64,000 bases of DNA from Gammaproteobacteria bacterium (GTDB lineage Bacteria; Pseudomonadota; Gammaproteobacteria; Porifericomitales; Porifericomitaceae). Positions 61,128-64,000 of this stretch are shown here, in pieces. Position 1 is the first letter of the stretch. Each line of letters begins with the position of its first letter. The position numbers and the translations under genes were made by a program. A model generated the notes under the pieces. The model made no database searches. It worked only from the letters and a program-made list of their open reading frames with translations, and had not been told where the DNA came from. The stretch spans positions 894-64,893 of the forward strand of contig JABAAT010000016.1 of the NCBI GenBank assembly GCA_014238615.1, in the 5' to 3' direction.

Positions 61128-62009
61128 TCAGCCGTCTCCGGCCAGTAGTTCAGCCAGCGCGGAGCCCAACTCGGCGGGGGAGCGCGTAGTGCGTACGCCG
61201 GCCGCTTCCAGGGCCTGGTATTTCTCCAACGCTCCGCCCTGTCCGCCGGCGATGATCGCGCCGGCGTGGCCCATGCGCCGCCCGGGTGGTGCGGTGAGGC
61301 CGGCGATATAGGCCGCCACCGGCTTCTGCATCCGCTCGCGGATATACGAGGCGGCGCTTTCCTCCGAACTGCCGCCGATCTCTCCCACCATGATGACGCC
61401 CCGGGTATCGGGGTCCTGTTCAAAGAGCTCCAGGCAGTCCACAAAATCCAGGCCGTGAATGGGATCGCCGCCGATGCCCACACAGCTGCTCTGTCCGAGA
61501 CCGGCCTGGCTGGTTTGGTGCACCGCTTCGTAGGTCAGGGTGCCGGAGCGGGAGACGATGCCGATACAGCCGGGCCGGTGGATCGAGCCCGGCATGATGC
61601 CGAGCTTGCATGCGCCTGGTGTGATCACTCCCGGACAGTTGGGCCCCACCAGGTGCACCTCCGGCAGGGTTTCCAGGCGCGCCGCCACTTTGACCATGTC
61701 CAGAACCGGGATGCCTTCGCTGATGCAGACGATGAGTTTAACGCCGGCTTCCGCCGCCTCCAGGATCGCCTCCGCGGCAAAGGGCGCGGGGACGAAGATC
61801 AGGCTGGCGTCGCCGCCGCATGCATCGACGGCTTCCGCCATCGTGTCGAACACCGGCACGCCCAGGTGTTTCCGGCCGCCTCGGCCCGGCGTGACACCGC
61901 CGACCAGGCGGGTGCCGTATTCCAGGGCCTGTTGGCAGTGGAAAGTTCCCTGTTGCCCGGTGATGCCTTGGCAGATGACGCGCGTTTCGCGATCGACCAG
62001 GATGCCCAT
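61128..62009 (-). CDS. sucD: succinyl-CoA synthetase alpha subunit
   Basis: [33 protein letters not shown]. Confidence 0.97.
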   Translation of the reverse strand: MGILVDRETRVICQGITGQQGTFHCQQALEYGTRLVGGVTPGRGGRKHLGVPVFDTMAEAVDACGGDASLIFVPAPFAAEAILEAAEAGVKLIVCISEGIPVLDMVKVAARLETLPEVHLVGPNCPGVITPGACKLGIMPGSIHRPGCIGIVSRSGTLTYEAVHQTSQAGLGQSSCVGIGGDPIHGLDFVDCLELFEQDPDTRGVIMVGEIGGSSEESAASYIRERMQKPVAAYIAGLTAPPGRRMGHAGAIIAGGQGGALEKYQALEAAGVRTTRSPAELGSALAELLAGDG

Positions 62010-63178
62010 CAGTCGGCCGCCCCGGCGGCGGCCACCGCCTTGCGTGCCGCCTCGTCCAGGTCCTCGGCCAGGGTGATATTCAGGCCGCTTTGCGCCAGCA
62101 ACTCGCGGCCCTGCGTCACGCGGGTGCCTTTCAGGCGCACCACCAGGGGAGTCCGCACACCGACTTCGCGGACGGCCTGGATGATGCCTTCGGCGATCAG
62201 ATCGCAGCGCACGATGCCACCGAAGATGTTCACCAGCAGCGCGCGCACCAGGGGCGCGGCGCTGATCAGTTTGAAAGCCTCGGTGACCCGTTCCACCGTG
62301 GCGTTGCCGCCGACGTCAAGGAAGTTGGCCGGCTCCCCGCCGTGCAACTTGATGATGTCCATGGTCGCCATGGCCAGTCCGGCGCCGTTCACCATGCAAC
62401 CGATATTGCCTTCCAGCGCGACATAGTTCAGATCAAAAGCCCTGGCGGCGCGTTCGCACTCGTCCTCCTGGCTGGGATCGCCCTGTTCCGCCAACGCGGC
62501 CTGGCGGAACAGGGCGTTGTCGTCCACCGAGACCTTGGCGTCCAGGGCCAGGAGCCGTCCCTGCTCATCCACGATGAGCGGGTTGATTTCAGCCAGACCC
62601 AGGTCTTTTTCCAGGAACAGGCGGTAGAGTGCGCGCAGTATCGCGCACCACTGGACGCGCTGTTGCTTGTCCAGGGACAGTTGAAAGGCCAGGGCGGCCG
62701 CGTGGTAGTTCAACAACCCGGTGCCGGGGTGGACACCGACCTGGTGGATGTGTTCGGGTTGTTCGGCGGCGATTTCCTCGATATTCATGCCGCCGCAGGG
62801 GGAGGCGATGACCCGTATTCGCCGAGAGCCGCGATCCACCAGCACCGCCAGGTAGAGTTCCCGGGTGATCTCCTGTATTTCCTGCACGAGTACACAATGC
62901 ACGGGTTGGCCCGCCGGTCCGGACTGGCGTGTGACCAGGCGCTTGCCAAGCAATTCGCGCGCCGCCTGCTCCAACTCCTTGAGGCCGCGTACGGCCCGGA
63001 TACCACCTGCCTTGCCGCGCCCGCCCGCGTGTACCTGGGCTTTAACGATCCACTGCTCTCCACCCAGTTCGCGAGCGCATCGCAAGGTTTCTTCAACGCT
63101 GTGCGCCGGACGTCCGGGAGCCACCGGGATGCCGTATTCGAGAAAGAGATTTTTAGCCTGGTATTCGTGTAGGTGCAT
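62009..63178 (-). CDS. sucC: succinyl-CoA synthetase beta subunit (ATG at 63178)
   Basis: [49 protein letters not shown]. Confidence 0.97.
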   Translation of the reverse strand: MHLHEYQAKNLFLEYGIPVAPGRPAHSVEETLRCARELGGEQWIVKAQVHAGGRGKAGGIRAVRGLKELEQAARELLGKRLVTRQSGPAGQPVHCVLVQEIQEITRELYLAVLVDRGSRRIRVIASPCGGMNIEEIAAEQPEHIHQVGVHPGTGLLNYHAAALAFQLSLDKQQRVQWCAILRALYRLFLEKDLGLAEINPLIVDEQGRLLALDAKVSVDDNALFRQAALAEQGDPSQEDECERAARAFDLNYVALEGNIGCMVNGAGLAMATMDIIKLHGGEPANFLDVGGNATVERVTEAFKLISAAPLVRALLVNIFGGIVRCDLIAEGIIQAVREVGVRTPLVVRLKGTRVTQGRELLAQSGLNITLAEDLDEAARKAVAAAGAAD

Positions 63179-63304
63179 CTGCTCTGGCTTCTTAGGAAGC
63201 CGGGGCCCGTCGCTGGAAAGGCTATACTGCGGGAAGATTTTCGATCCTAACACAGAGAGCACCGCAACCAGGATGATTGGAAACCACCACGATCCGGGCA
63301 AGTC

Positions 63305-63574
63305 GTGATTCCACCGCGGCTGCTTGCGTTGATGGTCGTGGCCTGGCTCGCCACACGGGCCGTGCGTGGACTCGTGCGCTACTGGTGGGGCAGGAACCGC
63401 CTGCCGCCGTCATCCGGCGGCGCGCGCGCTGCTCCGAGCCAGGCGGTCGGGCCGACCAGGGCCTGTGTCCACTGTGGCATGTTCGTGCCGCTGGAAGAGG
63501 GAGTGACGGCGCCCGGCGGGCGTTTTTATTGCAGCGCCGCACATCGCGTCGCGGCACGGGACAACGACCCTTGA
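63305..63574 (+). CDS. small PP0621-like membrane protein with CxxC..FYC..H zinc motif
   Basis: N-terminal TM, CVHCGMFVP..E, FYCSAAH; commonly precedes pilS. Confidence 0.8.
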   Translation: MIPPRLLALMVVAWLATRAVRGLVRYWWGRNRLPPSSGGARAAPSQAVGPTRACVHCGMFVPLEEGVTAPGGRFYCSAAHRVAARDNDP

Positions 63575-64000
63575 ACCACTCCTCGACTTACGATGATTCC
63601 TCCTGGCTGGGGTTGCTGCTGTTGCAAGCCTTCCGCGGCCTCACCGCGCTGCTGCTGCTGGGCTTTGACCTGAGCGGCTATCTTTCCGGGCCGCTGGCCT
63701 TACTCAACCCGGGTTTGTTTCGGGGCACGAATTTCCTGTACCTGTTGCTCGCCCTGGGTGGCCACGTGTTGCTCTTCCTGCACCTGCTTCCTTTCAGGAA
63801 TTTACTCTACCTGCTGTACACCATCGATTTACTGGTGTACGCCATGCTGATGTATGCCAGCGGTGGAGTGTCCAGTAACCTGCAGGTGCTGCTCTTCATC
63901 TCCCTGTTCGGCACGGTGGTGCTTGACCAGGGCCGGACTTTCCTGTTGACGGCCGCGGTCTCAACCCTGGCCCTGCTGTTCGTGGAATGGGTGACCTTCC
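63571..64000 (+). CDS. pilS: PilS-like sensor histidine kinase, N-terminal membrane part (cut by window edge)
   Basis: TTG at 63571 overlaps the upstream TGA; open hydrophobic frame to the window end with D....LMYASGGVSS.L..LL. Confidence 0.75.
   Translation, partial: MNHSSTYDDSSWLGLLLLQAFRGLTALLLLGFDLSGYLSGPLALLNPGLFRGTNFLYLLLALGGHVLLFLHLLPFRNLLYLLYTIDLLVYAMLMYASGGVSSNLQVLLFISLFGTVVLDQGRTFLLTAAVSTLALLFVEWVTF

Overview
GC-rich chromosomal segment of a gammaproteobacterium-like organism, mostly tightly packed housekeeping operons: leuB'-asd-fimV-truA-trpFBA-accD-folC-dedD-cvpA-purF-efp-rsmD; gltA-mdh divergent from sucA-sucB-lpdA; dapF-DUF484-xerC-hslVU-DUF971-ubiEJB; sucCD-nadE; start of pilS. 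It also holds a C1-oxidation block: a two-subunit NAD-linked formate dehydrogenase of the Methylorubrum FDH1 type, fhcBADC, mptG, and an adjacent secreted five-EF-hand protein with lanmodulin-like spacing. Other features are copAB, mtaB, metZ behind a SAM-II riboswitch, and tRNA-Ser(UGA). I saw no intact mobile element, prophage or CRISPR array. The least explained DNA is (i) about 760 nt of non-coding, densely base-paired sequence between the tRNA-Ser 3' end and a minus-strand terminator (candidate new large ncRNA), (ii) an almost C-free, 10-11 bp periodic purine tract after the EF-hand gene, (iii) an 800-bp gap between fimV and truA that looks like a decayed transposase, and (iv) many short tandem duplications. 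All calls come from reading motifs and pairings by eye; no searches or folding programs were run.
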